In this document: positions 26,141 through 36,012 of the stretch, piece after piece | Numbering within the stretch: position 1 is the first letter of the stretch | Layout: each line of letters opens with the position of its first letter | From: Cyanobacteria bacterium P01_F01_bin.150 | Lineage (GTDB): Bacteria > Cyanobacteriota > Cyanobacteriia > CAKZMO01 | DNA length: 64,000 bases | Reading direction: 5' to 3' | Assembly: GCA_039189765.1 (NCBI GenBank) | Contig: JBCCYL010000005.1 | Coordinates: 102,800 to 166,799, forward strand | Notes under the pieces: model-generated | Database searches by the model: none | What the model saw: only the letters and a program-made list of their open reading frames with translations | What the model was told of the DNA's origin: nothing | Program-made: the position numbers and the translations under genes

Positions 26141-27410
26141 CTGACAGGGGGACACAGGGAGGCCAAAAGCCTTTATGGTCAAAGGTAGGGCTATCGACAT
26201 AAAAAAAGATAGGCCAAAAACAGTAATTTTGACCTACCCAATCAAAATGATAGTAAAAGAATATCAGACATTGCTCAAAAATGAACTCCATCACGCAACC
26301 TATTTATTAGTATTGCTGTTGGTTTCTAGCCTACACCTGCTTAAAATCGCCAAATTAGAAGTCTTAGCGGAATCACTGCCGATACCGATACAGTTTGATA
26401 GCCGCCGCAGGAAACTAAGACGGTTATTGCGTTTGCCTAACTTCACGATTGAAGACCTCTGGTTTCCCTGTGTAAGGGTGTTACTTCAAAAGATGTTTGT
26501 TCCTAAAGAACGAATCTACTTAGCCATCGATCGCACGAGTTGGGGCATTGTTAATATTCTGATGGTGAGTGTGATTTATGACCATCGGGCATGGCCAATT
26601 TATTGGGAAGCCCTCGACAAAAAAGGGAATAGTAATTTAGATGAACAAAAGCGAGTTCTAGGGACAAGTTTAGCGCTGTTAAGCGAGTCCGTCCCGGTGG
26701 TGCTAGGAGACCGAGAATTTTGCTCACCTAAGCTGGCCCATTGGTTGGGTGAACAAAATGCCTACTTTTGCTTACGGCAAAAATGCAATACGAAAATATT
26801 GGAAGAGGCTGAGGTGTACCAAGAGTTACGGGACTATGGCTTACAACCAGGAACCAAACTCTTTTTGAATGACCGTCAAGTGACGAAGCAAAAAGAATTT
26901 GGGACATACAATGTAGCGTGTAAATGGAAACGTAGTTATCGAGGATTTAAGACTAAAGAAGCGTGGTTTATATTAACGAATTTAACGGATATTGATGAAG
27001 CGATTAAATGCTATCAACATCGTTTTTCAATTGAAGAAATGTTTCGAGACCTTAAGTCAGGAGGATACAGTTTAGAAGGGTCTAAATTAGATCCAGAGTA
27101 TATATCTAAGCTGTTGATTGTGATTTCCATTGCCTACACGAGTGCAATGCTTCAAGATAAAGCATTAAAGCGAATGGGGATACAAAAATATATTGCAAGA
27201 CCAGAAACGTCGTCCCGTTTAGAGCGCCGACATAGTGCCTTTTATATTGGTCAACATCAGTATCATTGGCTGATGCCGACCCAAATGTGCGAAAAAATTG
27301 TAGATGAACTTTTACAAATTAACCGTCGTTGGGTGGAGTTTTACAAAAAAGGTAAGCGAGCTATGGAGCTTGCTATGAATAAATTAGAAGCCTCTATGTC
27401 CCCCTGCTAG
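26141..27410 (+). mobile_element. IS4-family insertion sequence
   Basis: Terminal IRs CTGACAGGGGGACA / TGTCCCCCTGCTAG around a DDE transposase; flanks show no target duplication. Confidence 0.85.
26175..27410 (+). CDS. IS4 family DDE transposase (true start may be the downstream MIVKEY)
   Basis: LAIDRTSW, VLGDREFCS, WFILTNL, Y.HRFSIEEMFRDLKSGGY (YREK-like motif). Confidence 0.9.
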   Translation: MVKGRAIDIKKDRPKTVILTYPIKMIVKEYQTLLKNELHHATYLLVLLLVSSLHLLKIAKLEVLAESLPIPIQFDSRRRKLRRLLRLPNFTIEDLWFPCVRVLLQKMFVPKERIYLAIDRTSWGIVNILMVSVIYDHRAWPIYWEALDKKGNSNLDEQKRVLGTSLALLSESVPVVLGDREFCSPKLAHWLGEQNAYFCLRQKCNTKILEEAEVYQELRDYGLQPGTKLFLNDRQVTKQKEFGTYNVACKWKRSYRGFKTKEAWFILTNLTDIDEAIKCYQHRFSIEEMFRDLKSGGYSLEGSKLDPEYISKLLIVISIAYTSAMLQDKALKRMGIQKYIARPETSSRLERRHSAFYIGQHQYHWLMPTQMCEKIVDELLQINRRWVEFYKKGKRAMELAMNKLEASMSPC

Positions 27411-27517
27411 CCCTAAACAGGCGCTCTTCAGATGAAATCGGGATGAGACATAACACTCTGATGATCAGTTGTTAGGGACCTACATATTATTCTCCAGAAA
27501 CAAGAAACCACCCTGAT

Positions 27518-28093
27518 GCTCGATTTAATCGAGGGGATGCTAGTGCGTCTTACTTATATTTTGCCGATGGTGAGCAAGTCTCCCTTGCCGATATTCGTGA
27601 GTGGAACCTGACTGATCCGGCCATCAATCTGATGCTGCTAAGTGCGTGTAATACCGCAATGGGAGATGAAAACGCAGAATTGGGCTTTGCTGGGGTAGCG
27701 TATCAGTCTCAAATCACCTCTGTATTGGGAAGCCTTTGGAGAGTCGATGATGTAGCTACAGCAGTCCTGATGACTGCCTTTCATCAAACCTTAGCCCATA
27801 ATAATCCACCGTCCGAACATGGACTTCCGAATCATGTTGATAACCAAGATGTGATGATTAAGGCTGAGGTTTTGAGAACCGTACAGCGGGCACTTTTAAA
27901 TAACGATAACAATGACATCAACATTGAACAACGATATAATAGCTATTACCTCAATCTAAACTTGGGAGAATCAGAGTCTATTCTGATCCCAAAAGAGCTT
28001 TATGATGTTGGATTGGATCTAAACCAGCTAATTCAGGATCTCCAACACCCCATGCACTGGAGTAGCTTTGTAGTAGTTGGTAACCCTTGGTAA
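27518..28093 (+). pseudogene. C-terminal remnant of a CHAT-domain protein
   Basis: ARFNRG..SYLYFADG...LMLLSACNTAMGD..AELGFAG..SVLGSLWRVDD.AT..LM..F...HPMHWSSFVVVGNPW. The catalytic His motif and N-terminus are absent; in-frame stop at 27473. Confidence 0.8.
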
Positions 28094-28206
28094 GGGATTT
28101 GCATGAAAATAAACTACCCGGTGCATTACGGCTATCGCCTACACGCACCCTACGCAACTTGGGAGGTTATTTAGTTGCAGATCCCTAATTGTTGATGTCA
28201 GCGACC

Positions 28207-28271
28207 AGATCCCAGGGTTCTGTAGAAGGGTTTTGCACAATTCCGAAGATAATACAAGAACCCTGGGATCT
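28207..28271. repeat. Long-spacer form of the AGATCCCAGGGTTCT palindrome
   Basis: 15-bp perfect arms with a 35-nt spacer between convergent genes. Confidence 0.85.
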
Positions 28272-28281
28272 TTGCGATAGT

Positions 28282-29205
28282 TTAGAGCGAGGGGTGATTC
28301 ACTGGTGTCTTTTGAGGAATAAACCAACGATCGACTAATTGCAACAAAGGAATAAGGCTACCTAACATTAGGGCTGAATACAGATCACCGCCCCAGCTAT
28401 CGTGGAGCCAGACAAATGCCGCTGTTTGATCGGTGCCGTGAAAGTAGCTAAGAAGAGTGTTGCGGATAATATTAGCCGTGACGCTAATGGTAGCGGTGCC
28501 AACTAAAAACGGTAAAATTGTTTGGCGATGCTTAATACTATGGGACCAGTAGAGTAATGCTAACGCTACATACAGGCTGGTAAACAACATCTTTAAGCCT
28601 GCACAGTGGGGCGCAACTTCCACAGCTCGCTCATTTACATAGAGATAAATATTAAAAACCTCAACGTCTATACCTAGCTGAAATAGGATAAAGCCCGCTA
28701 CCCCAGCAATGAATTGCTGTAGCGGTAATGCATAGGGCGCAATCAGATAGGGCAGTTCATTGGGAGTGGCAAGGGTGACAAGAATGAGAGGAACCGCCAT
28801 GATGCGTAGCCCCCTTGTCCCTTTGAGCCATAGACATAGTCCCGCTAGCATAAGGGGTAGGGATAGATTTATCACATCTATCATGCCGCTCATATAGGCT
28901 AGAACGCTGGCTAATAAGATGCCTCCTCCCACTAACTGGGAACTGGCAATTTTTTTTATCTGTGGCAAGGCAAACCAAACATGGCGTTTTTCCCACGCAA
29001 TGTAGGTCGCTAGTGGGATACCTAAAAGCCCATGACTAAAGTATTCATGTTCCAAGCTGATACTCTTATTCAACCAGCCATCTGTCCAGTGCCAGAGTAA
29101 CGGCAGATACATCAGCATAAACAAGCCGAGCAGCGCGAGGGTACTTGGCTGACGCTTGAAAATTTGTAGAAAAGATGGCCAGTGGGAATCAGAACAAGAC
29201 AACAT
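28282..29205 (-). CDS. Cyanoexosortase B
   Basis: Multi-TM protein; HEYFSHG, VEVAPHCAGLKMLFTSLY (catalytic Cys), ANIIRN, WLHDSWGGD. Confidence 0.88.
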   Translation of the reverse strand: MLSCSDSHWPSFLQIFKRQPSTLALLGLFMLMYLPLLWHWTDGWLNKSISLEHEYFSHGLLGIPLATYIAWEKRHVWFALPQIKKIASSQLVGGGILLASVLAYMSGMIDVINLSLPLMLAGLCLWLKGTRGLRIMAVPLILVTLATPNELPYLIAPYALPLQQFIAGVAGFILFQLGIDVEVFNIYLYVNERAVEVAPHCAGLKMLFTSLYVALALLYWSHSIKHRQTILPFLVGTATISVTANIIRNTLLSYFHGTDQTAAFVWLHDSWGGDLYSALMLGSLIPLLQLVDRWFIPQKTPVNHPSL

Positions 29206-29243
29206 GGTGATTTTATAGTTTGAGTTTGGAGTTTAGCTGGGGA

Positions 29244-30428
29244 TTAGCCAGCAAGCAGGGGGTGCGGCATGGTAATCTCGCTAGCACTTGGGTGAAGAGC
29301 GCTGTGGAGAATGTCTGCCACGTATTGAATTTGCTTATTGGTTAGGCCAGGATACATAGGCAACGAGAGGATGCTCTGACACAACCGTTCGGCGTTGGGA
29401 AGATTCCCTTCTTTATATCCAAGGGATAGGAAGGCTGGCTGTAGGTGACAGGGGAGGGGATAGTGAATGCCGCTGTGAACACCATGATTGCCTAAATGTT
29501 CGTGTAGAACATCTCGGTCAAGGCGACAAGTATCTGCGATGGCAACGACATACAAGTGATACACGTGGCCGTTGGCTGAGTCATTTCTTAACGGGCAAAT
29601 GCCATGGTCTTTAAGAGGTGCCAGTAACTGATCGTATTGTTGGGCAATGCGGCGGCGATCGCTATTCCAGGCATCCAAATGGGGGAGCTTTGCCATGAGA
29701 ACGGCGGCTTGAACACTATCGAGACGACTATTTGTTCCCAGTTTAGTGTGATAGTACTTCCGAGGCGCACCGTAATTGCGCAATGCTCGTGTCGTTGCGG
29801 CAATCGTTTCATCGTTGGTCACCAGCATACCGCCATCCCCAAATGCCCCTAGATTTTTGCTGGGGTAGAAACTAAAGGCTGCGGCAATGCCCACTGTACC
29901 TGCGCGATAGCCGTCTCGTTCAGCTAAATGGGCTTGGGCGGCGTCTTCAAAAATGGCAATATCGTAGGTGCTGGCCAAATTTAATAGTTTGGTTGGCGAC
30001 ACCATTTGCCCGTATAAATGAACTGCAATCAGAACTTGGGTGCGATCGCTAATCGCTTGTTCTGCCGCGTTCAAATCAATTAAACCCGTATTTGGATCGC
30101 AATCGACCAGGATAGGCGTTGCCCCAGTGCGAATAACACCAATCAATGTTGCGACAAAGGTGTTCGTGGGCAGAATCACTTCATCGCCCGCTTTAACGCC
30201 CATGGATTGAAGACCAAGGGCGATCGCGTCAGTACCACAGCCGACTCCCACACCGCAGGATACTCCACAGGCAAGGGCAAATGCCCGTTCAAAGGACTCA
30301 ACGGCTTCTCCTAATACAAAATCACCCTGCTCTACAACGTTAGAAAATGCCCGTTTAAGATCTTGTGCAATAGGTTGGTGTTGAAAATCAAGATCAACAA
30401 ACGGAATAGTATTATTGGCTACATTCAT
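29244..30428 (-). CDS. DegT/DnrJ/EryC1/StrS aminotransferase
   Basis: IPFVDL, GTDAI, VHLYGQ, EDAAQAH, FSFYPSKNLGAFGDGG, GTNSRLD, HYPLP.H.QP. Confidence 0.95.
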   Translation of the reverse strand: MNVANNTIPFVDLDFQHQPIAQDLKRAFSNVVEQGDFVLGEAVESFERAFALACGVSCGVGVGCGTDAIALGLQSMGVKAGDEVILPTNTFVATLIGVIRTGATPILVDCDPNTGLIDLNAAEQAISDRTQVLIAVHLYGQMVSPTKLLNLASTYDIAIFEDAAQAHLAERDGYRAGTVGIAAAFSFYPSKNLGAFGDGGMLVTNDETIAATTRALRNYGAPRKYYHTKLGTNSRLDSVQAAVLMAKLPHLDAWNSDRRRIAQQYDQLLAPLKDHGICPLRNDSANGHVYHLYVVAIADTCRLDRDVLHEHLGNHGVHSGIHYPLPCHLQPAFLSLGYKEGNLPNAERLCQSILSLPMYPGLTNKQIQYVADILHSALHPSASEITMPHPLLAG

Positions 30429-30817
30429 AATATTGTGGGAATAGAGGGTGAGCTAATTACTATGGAGAAGCCCTTTTATCGTTCCCTCCGTATCCATGCC
30501 CTTCCCTGAAAAACTATGGGTAACTTGCCTGAATTTGAATTCTAAATAATATTGAGGCCCATAAAAATAACCGTAGGATCACCCTTGATGTATCAAATAA
30601 GCTCTTTCTACGTGGATTTTTGGAGTACCACCTTAGCAAGGTAAATGGGGGCACAATGCACACTCATTTTCCTCCAGCTTGTTCAGACTTCCGTTGGAGC
30701 CCTATTTGACCGCCATAAATGAACAATTTGGTTAGTACTGTCTGGTTCTTGGGCATTCTGAGGTGAGTCCAGCAGTTTTTCCCATGTACTGTAGCTAGTA
30801 CTCTGTCAGGAAATAAA

Positions 30818-30850
30818 TGAGGGGAAAATCCCTACGGGATTTTCCCCTCA
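30818..30850. other. Perfect 15-bp-arm hairpin in a 1-kb divergent intergenic region
   Basis: TGAGGGGAAAATCCC-TAC-GGGATTTTCCCCTCA. Confidence 0.6.
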
Positions 30851-31442
30851 AAATAAAGCTGACGCGGTACTAGGTCTGTCTGGCTTACAAAAAGCTAACG
30901 TTTCAAAATGCACTGGATTTAATACCCTATTTTTATGGTGCAGAATATAATTAAAAAACAGGTGGCGTCTATAAAAGCAGCACAAGACCATACTTTTGTC
31001 TATGTAAAGATATGATCATCAGTAAATCCTTATGGGAAATGCGTAAATATAAGTCTCCTTAAATTATTACCTAAACTTTACGGGTTTCTTGTCTGGATAA
31101 CTGAACGATGAAGTCAAATATATCGGCAGAGTTGTGTAAGGTCTAATCTCTCATCACTGTATGGAGTTTTGAATAATCTTGGGTTAGCGACAGCCAATCC
31201 ATATTCATCTAGCTGTTGGTATTCTTTGGATTTTCTGTACGTCTACTGAATGTGTCCAGATATGATTGCTTACTTCCATGCCCCTTGGCCCATGTTTGAA
31301 TTCAGTTTTTTTTGTCGTTTGCCCATATTCTTTCCCAGGGTGAATATTCTGCATTGGGTTCAGTACTCTAAATCGCAAGCCGATATTTGGACTGAGTCAG
31401 AAGAGAGATGGTGGGGGCAGGTAAGCAAGGCGGGGGATTGTT

Positions 31443-33014
31443 ATGGCGGATAATCCACATCTTGGTCGGATACTGGCTGATCGATATTTGCTACACGAGG
31501 AATTGGGCCATGGTTCCATGGGGCATGTTTACGGAGCCAAAGACCAAACGCTTGGGGGTGTATCGGTTGCGGTTAAGTTTCTTTCTCAGTCATTAATGAA
31601 TGATCGCATGCGCGATCGCTTCCAGCGAGAAGCTAGAATTTGTGCCGGACTAGGTAATCGCAGCATTCATATCATTCGTGTGACGGACTATGGCATTGAT
31701 GAGCACAACACTCCCTTTTATGTAATGGAATATTTGAGGGGAGACTGTCTCAATTCAGTTATTCGACAACGACCCCTGCGTATTCCACGATTTCTAAGTT
31801 TTTGCCGTCAAATTTGTTTGGGGCTGCAGCGTGCCCACCAGGGCATTGAAGTCGATGGAGAAATGCATCCCATTATCCACCGAGATATCAAGCCCAGTAA
31901 TATTTTTATTACCAAAGACGACACTTTGGGTGAGCTGGTAAAGATTCTTGATTTTGGTATCGCCAAAACCCTGGAGGATGATAGTCAACAGACCAAGTGC
32001 TTTATGGGAACGCTGGCTTACTCGTCACCGGAGCAGATGGAGGGGCGAGATTTAGACCATCGTTCTGATATTTACAGTTTAGGTATTATGCTCTTCCAGA
32101 TGTTAACTGGCAAGATGCCGTTAAATGCTGATACTCGCACATTTGGGGGGTGGTACCACGCTCATCGAGAAAAGGCACCCCGCTCTATTAAACAGGCAAA
32201 TCCCAATATTAAAATTCCAAAGCTTTTGGAAAACTTGGTCATGAGCTGTTTAGCAAAAGAGCCGAAAAATCGTCCCCAAAGTGTGAGTCAGATTATCCAA
32301 GAGCTGGCTCCTTTGGCAGAACGATATGGCAAGGCTCAGGAATTACGGCTTCGCATTGCAAAGGTCTTAGAAGAGAAACGTGCGTCATCTCAGACTGCGG
32401 AGGCCAGAAAGTCGGCACAACCTCTCCTTGAACCCAAGACGCCTCCGACTCCAGAGGCTATCTGTCGGCTTAGTTCATGGCCTGTAAAAGAAAAGCCGAT
32501 TGCTGAGATTGTCTTTCCGAAGATTGTTGTGACCAGTGAGCGTTCTTTGGCGACGTTGTGGGTAATGTTACCGCAGAGAATGATCGATACCCTGTCCCAT
32601 TCGCTGCCTCACAATAAATTCTTGTTTACAGCATCTCCCCATCCAACCTTACTGTGGCTCACTGTTTTATATACTCAAAGCAGTGGTCCCAAATGGTTGC
32701 CCTGCTACTTGGATTTAAAGACAGCAGAGGGCCAGACAATGCTTAAACTACTGCAAGAATCCAAGGAGTATCGCATCCTGTTTTTTGCAAAGGAGACCCC
32801 TGAACGATGTTCAATGGTGCAGACTCTAAGTATTACTGAACCCTCTCCTCAACTGCAGGATCGCCAAGCTCAAAAATTGCAGGAGTTTGGGCTGATGGGA
32901 GATATGGCTCCAGCTACCACGGCTCAGTTTAGCAAGCTTAGCAAACGGCTACTAAAACAAGAATTGGAAAAACTTAAACCAACTATTGCACAAAAGCTAG
33001 AAGCCATTGTCTAA
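31443..33014 (+). CDS. Hanks-type Ser/Thr protein kinase
   Basis: LGHGSMGHVY, VAVKFL, HRDIKPSN, DFGIAK, GTLAYSSPEQ, DIYSLG. Confidence 0.95.
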   Translation: MADNPHLGRILADRYLLHEELGHGSMGHVYGAKDQTLGGVSVAVKFLSQSLMNDRMRDRFQREARICAGLGNRSIHIIRVTDYGIDEHNTPFYVMEYLRGDCLNSVIRQRPLRIPRFLSFCRQICLGLQRAHQGIEVDGEMHPIIHRDIKPSNIFITKDDTLGELVKILDFGIAKTLEDDSQQTKCFMGTLAYSSPEQMEGRDLDHRSDIYSLGIMLFQMLTGKMPLNADTRTFGGWYHAHREKAPRSIKQANPNIKIPKLLENLVMSCLAKEPKNRPQSVSQIIQELAPLAERYGKAQELRLRIAKVLEEKRASSQTAEARKSAQPLLEPKTPPTPEAICRLSSWPVKEKPIAEIVFPKIVVTSERSLATLWVMLPQRMIDTLSHSLPHNKFLFTASPHPTLLWLTVLYTQSSGPKWLPCYLDLKTAEGQTMLKLLQESKEYRILFFAKETPERCSMVQTLSITEPSPQLQDRQAQKLQEFGLMGDMAPATTAQFSKLSKRLLKQELEKLKPTIAQKLEAIV

Positions 33015-33042
33015 GCATGATCGTTAGGCAAGTTGCATTTTT

Positions 33043-33125
33043 CGGCTTAAGTTTTAAGCCAAGAGGAATTTAACGGGAGACTGGGGCGCTCCGCGCCCCA
33101 GTCTCCCGCCTTAAAATACAAGCCC
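33043..33125 (+). mobile_element. ~80-bp MITE-like hairpin element
   Basis: Central GGGAGACTGGGGCG-CTCCG-CGCCCCAGTCTCCC stem; homologous to 38790-38872 (inverted), 35342-35421, 38648-38727 and 42544-42629. Confidence 0.7.
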
Positions 33126-33311
33126 ATTTTGCTGGATAAGGCAGTCGAGTTGAAGTTAGCGATCGCGGCTGTCAGCACTTCCAAGACAGGACTGTTATCT
33201 TAATTATTGGCAGATTCTTTACTGATGTGAAGTTTCATCGCTTTGAAACGGCAGCGTTAGTGCAAAAAAACACCGACGTCATTGGTCAATTAGTAACGCC
33301 TAACTACACCT

Positions 33312-34493
33312 ATGCAATATCGTCGATTCGGACGTACCGAGTTACAAATGCCCATATTTTCCTGTGGGGGCATGAGATACCAGCATTCCTGGAAGGATGT
33401 TCCCCAGGGAGACATTCCAAAGGCCAATCAACATAATTTAGAGGAGACGATCCGACGAGCCATTGATTTGGGCATTAACCATATCGAGACTGCCCGAGGA
33501 TATGGCACATCAGAGATTCAACTGGGACAGGTGCTGCCTAAGTTAGACCGCGATCGCCTAATTATCCAGACCAAAGTGTCTCCAAACACCGATGCACAGG
33601 CTTTCTACAAGACTGTAGAACAATCCATGGACAATCTCAATCTAAACTACATTGACTTGCTGGGATTACACGGGATCAATAATGCAGAGACGCTGCACAA
33701 TAGCCTCCGTCCCGGTGGATGTTTAGAAATGGCTAAAAAACTACAGGCGGAAGGCAAAGTCCGATTTATTGGCTTTTCGACCCACGGTCCCACCGATATT
33801 ATCTGTAGAGCCATTAATACGGGGGAGTTTGATTACGTTAACCTCCACTGGTACTACATTAATCAATTTAATTGGCCTGCGGTTGAAGCGGCTACCCGTC
33901 ACGATATGGGGGTTTTTATTATTAGCCCATCTGACAAAGGGGGAAAGCTTTATGCGCCTCCTCAAAAATTAGTGGATTTGTGTCGCCCCCTTAGTCCAAT
34001 GGTGTTTAATGACCTGTTTTGCCTGAGCCACTCCCAGGTCCATACGTTGAGTCTTGGCGCAGCCAAGCCAAGCGATTTTGATGAACATATCAAAGTCCTA
34101 CCACTGTTGGCGCAAGCTGAAAAGGTCTTACCCCCCATTCTTAAGCGTTTAGAAGCAGAAGCAATCCGCTGTTTGGGGGAAGACTGGTATCAATCTTGGT
34201 ATAAGGGGTTACCGACTCCAGAAGATACGCCGGGCCAGCTTAACTTGCAGGTGATTTTGGGGTTACGCAACTTGGCGATCGCCTATGACATGATTGAATA
34301 TGGCAAAATGCGATACAACTTGCTGGGGGGAGCAAGCCACTGGTTCCCCGGCAATCGATTTGATCCGGAGCAATCATTGGATTTGAAATCATGCCTGGCC
34401 AATAGCCCTCACGCCAACAGTATTCCGGCTGCTTTAGCAGAAGCCCATACCCTACTGGGAGGGGCTGCAGTGAAACGTCTCTCCCAACAATAA
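33312..34493 (+). CDS. Aldo/keto reductase family protein
   Basis: MQYRRFGRT, GINHIETARGYG.SE, IIQTK, YIDLLGLHG, GKVRFIGFSTH. Confidence 0.92.
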   Translation: MQYRRFGRTELQMPIFSCGGMRYQHSWKDVPQGDIPKANQHNLEETIRRAIDLGINHIETARGYGTSEIQLGQVLPKLDRDRLIIQTKVSPNTDAQAFYKTVEQSMDNLNLNYIDLLGLHGINNAETLHNSLRPGGCLEMAKKLQAEGKVRFIGFSTHGPTDIICRAINTGEFDYVNLHWYYINQFNWPAVEAATRHDMGVFIISPSDKGGKLYAPPQKLVDLCRPLSPMVFNDLFCLSHSQVHTLSLGAAKPSDFDEHIKVLPLLAQAEKVLPPILKRLEAEAIRCLGEDWYQSWYKGLPTPEDTPGQLNLQVILGLRNLAIAYDMIEYGKMRYNLLGGASHWFPGNRFDPEQSLDLKSCLANSPHANSIPAALAEAHTLLGGAAVKRLSQQ

Positions 34494-34769
34494 TTATCTT
34501 TTGGGGTGATGTGCCACTGAAAAAATAGGCATATTATGTGCCTCTGGTTCCTGGGTATTTAGACGTAGAATAGAGGCCGATTAACAAAACGCCTACTCAC
34601 ATTCGGTCATCAGTCACAATGCGGCAGGACAGTTTATTTTGCTGATTGCCCCAAATATAACCCGTATTGTGGATTAACAATCCTGGCAGATTCTGATAAA
34701 GTCATTGACAACTTGTAATATTTTTTGTCACCCAAAGTGCTTGTTCACATTAGCTCTGGATAATCTCAT

Positions 34770-35315
34770 ATGATTTTTGCTCGTACTGGTCTTTCTCCCG
34801 CTAACATTCGTCGTTTTTTCGCGGCTGCACTGGCAACAGCCTGCGTTGTCGGCGGTAGCGCTATTCCTGCTGACAGTATTACGCTGTTTTCTGGCGTCGA
34901 TGAAGAGAATCGGTTGCGATCTGTATTGCAAAATGATGGTCGTCTGAACGCCACCGATCGCTACAAGCTTTTCGTTCCAGCGGAGAAGCTAACTGAGAGA
35001 ACGGCTCTCTTTCTAGTGTCTTACCCAGAAGAATATCGCGCTGATTTTGACGAAGACGATATTGAGCTAAGGATAAACAATGATCCTGTTCCAATGCGGA
35101 GTGTGCGATGGGACCCAGAGTCATTGTCCGTTGAGCTGATCCCAGAAAGTCCCATTGCGGCCCAGACTCGGAAAGTGTCCATTGTTTTCTCCAACGTTCA
35201 GAATCCAAGACGCACTGGCACTCATTTCTTCAATGCCTATGTGCAACCTCCCACAGAAACTGAGTTACCTCCTCGATATATTGGTACCTGGATTATGCAA
35301 TTTGGACGTCTATAG
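34770..35315 (+). CDS. DUF2808-like secreted cyanobacterial protein
   Basis: Signal-peptide-like N-terminus; TLFSGV, DRYKL, VSYPE.Y, FSNVQNP..GTHFFN, RYIGTWI. Confidence 0.7.
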   Translation: MIFARTGLSPANIRRFFAAALATACVVGGSAIPADSITLFSGVDEENRLRSVLQNDGRLNATDRYKLFVPAEKLTERTALFLVSYPEEYRADFDEDDIELRINNDPVPMRSVRWDPESLSVELIPESPIAAQTRKVSIVFSNVQNPRRTGTHFFNAYVQPPTETELPPRYIGTWIMQFGRL

Positions 35316-35341
35316 TCTAAGAGCTGACTTTAGCGTGTGGC

Positions 35342-35421
35342 GGGTTTCAGTTTAAGGCGAAACAAAAGCAACGGTAGTGTGGGCGCTCCGCCCCCACACT
35401 ACTCGCTTAAAGTTGATACCC
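35342..35421 (+). mobile_element. 80-bp MITE-like element with 15-bp target duplication
   Basis: GGGTTTCAG...TTGATACCC flanked on both sides by ACTTTAGCGTGTGGC (35327-35341 and 35422-35436). Confidence 0.85.
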
Positions 35422-35493
35422 ACTTTAGCGTGTGGCTAAAGTTCAGATAGTTGTTGAAACATTTTTTTATGGCGCTCTGCGCTCAAACTCAGG

Positions 35494-35535
35494 GCGACAG
35501 TGTAGGGTTCATCCTATCACTGTCGTTTTGCTTTT
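35494..35535 (+). terminator. Possible intrinsic terminator
   Basis: GCGACAGTG-TAGG...CCTA-T-CACTGTCGT followed by TTTGCTTTT. Confidence 0.45.
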
Positions 35536-36012
35536 AGCGTCGTTTTATGCTTCTGTCTATGGATGTTACAGCCATGGTCAAACAGGTTAGAACGTTTTGG
35601 TAGAGACGTGAAGTGCCTCCACCAATAACGTAATGTTTACCGAGACAAAGTATATTGGTGTGCCACCGGCTTCAACACAAAGCAATGGAAACATATCGGT
35701 AAATAATGTGATACGCAGTACGAACGCTCCCCATCTCATACTATGATTACTTATTCGAAAATTTAGGGAATGCTGTAAAAGATAACGCTCTAAAGGGTCA
35801 ATGCAATTACGGAAACGTTGCCAAATTCGAGGTCTTGTTAACACTTCCTGAGCTTCTATCCGCGTAGTTGTAAAATAGGACATCTCCTGATGGTTGATTC
35901 ACATGTTGATTAGTTCCGCTCCAGTCTCTTCTTCCTGCTAATTTATCCCCCTTACTTTTTGCAATTCCTCCTATTTGCATTTGTTCTGCATTTGTCTGTA
36001 TATGATTGAATT

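Noticed and set aside
22482..26294. Short tracked ORFs inside repeats A, B and C (e.g. MALAL..., MKWKR...)
   Set aside because: They are translations of repeat DNA; differences between copies are largely non-synonymous and stops differ.
35540..36012. Small ORFs or an NtcA-like site in the intergenic region
   Set aside because: No recognisable protein features; only a non-canonical GTG-N8-TAC match, which is expected by chance.
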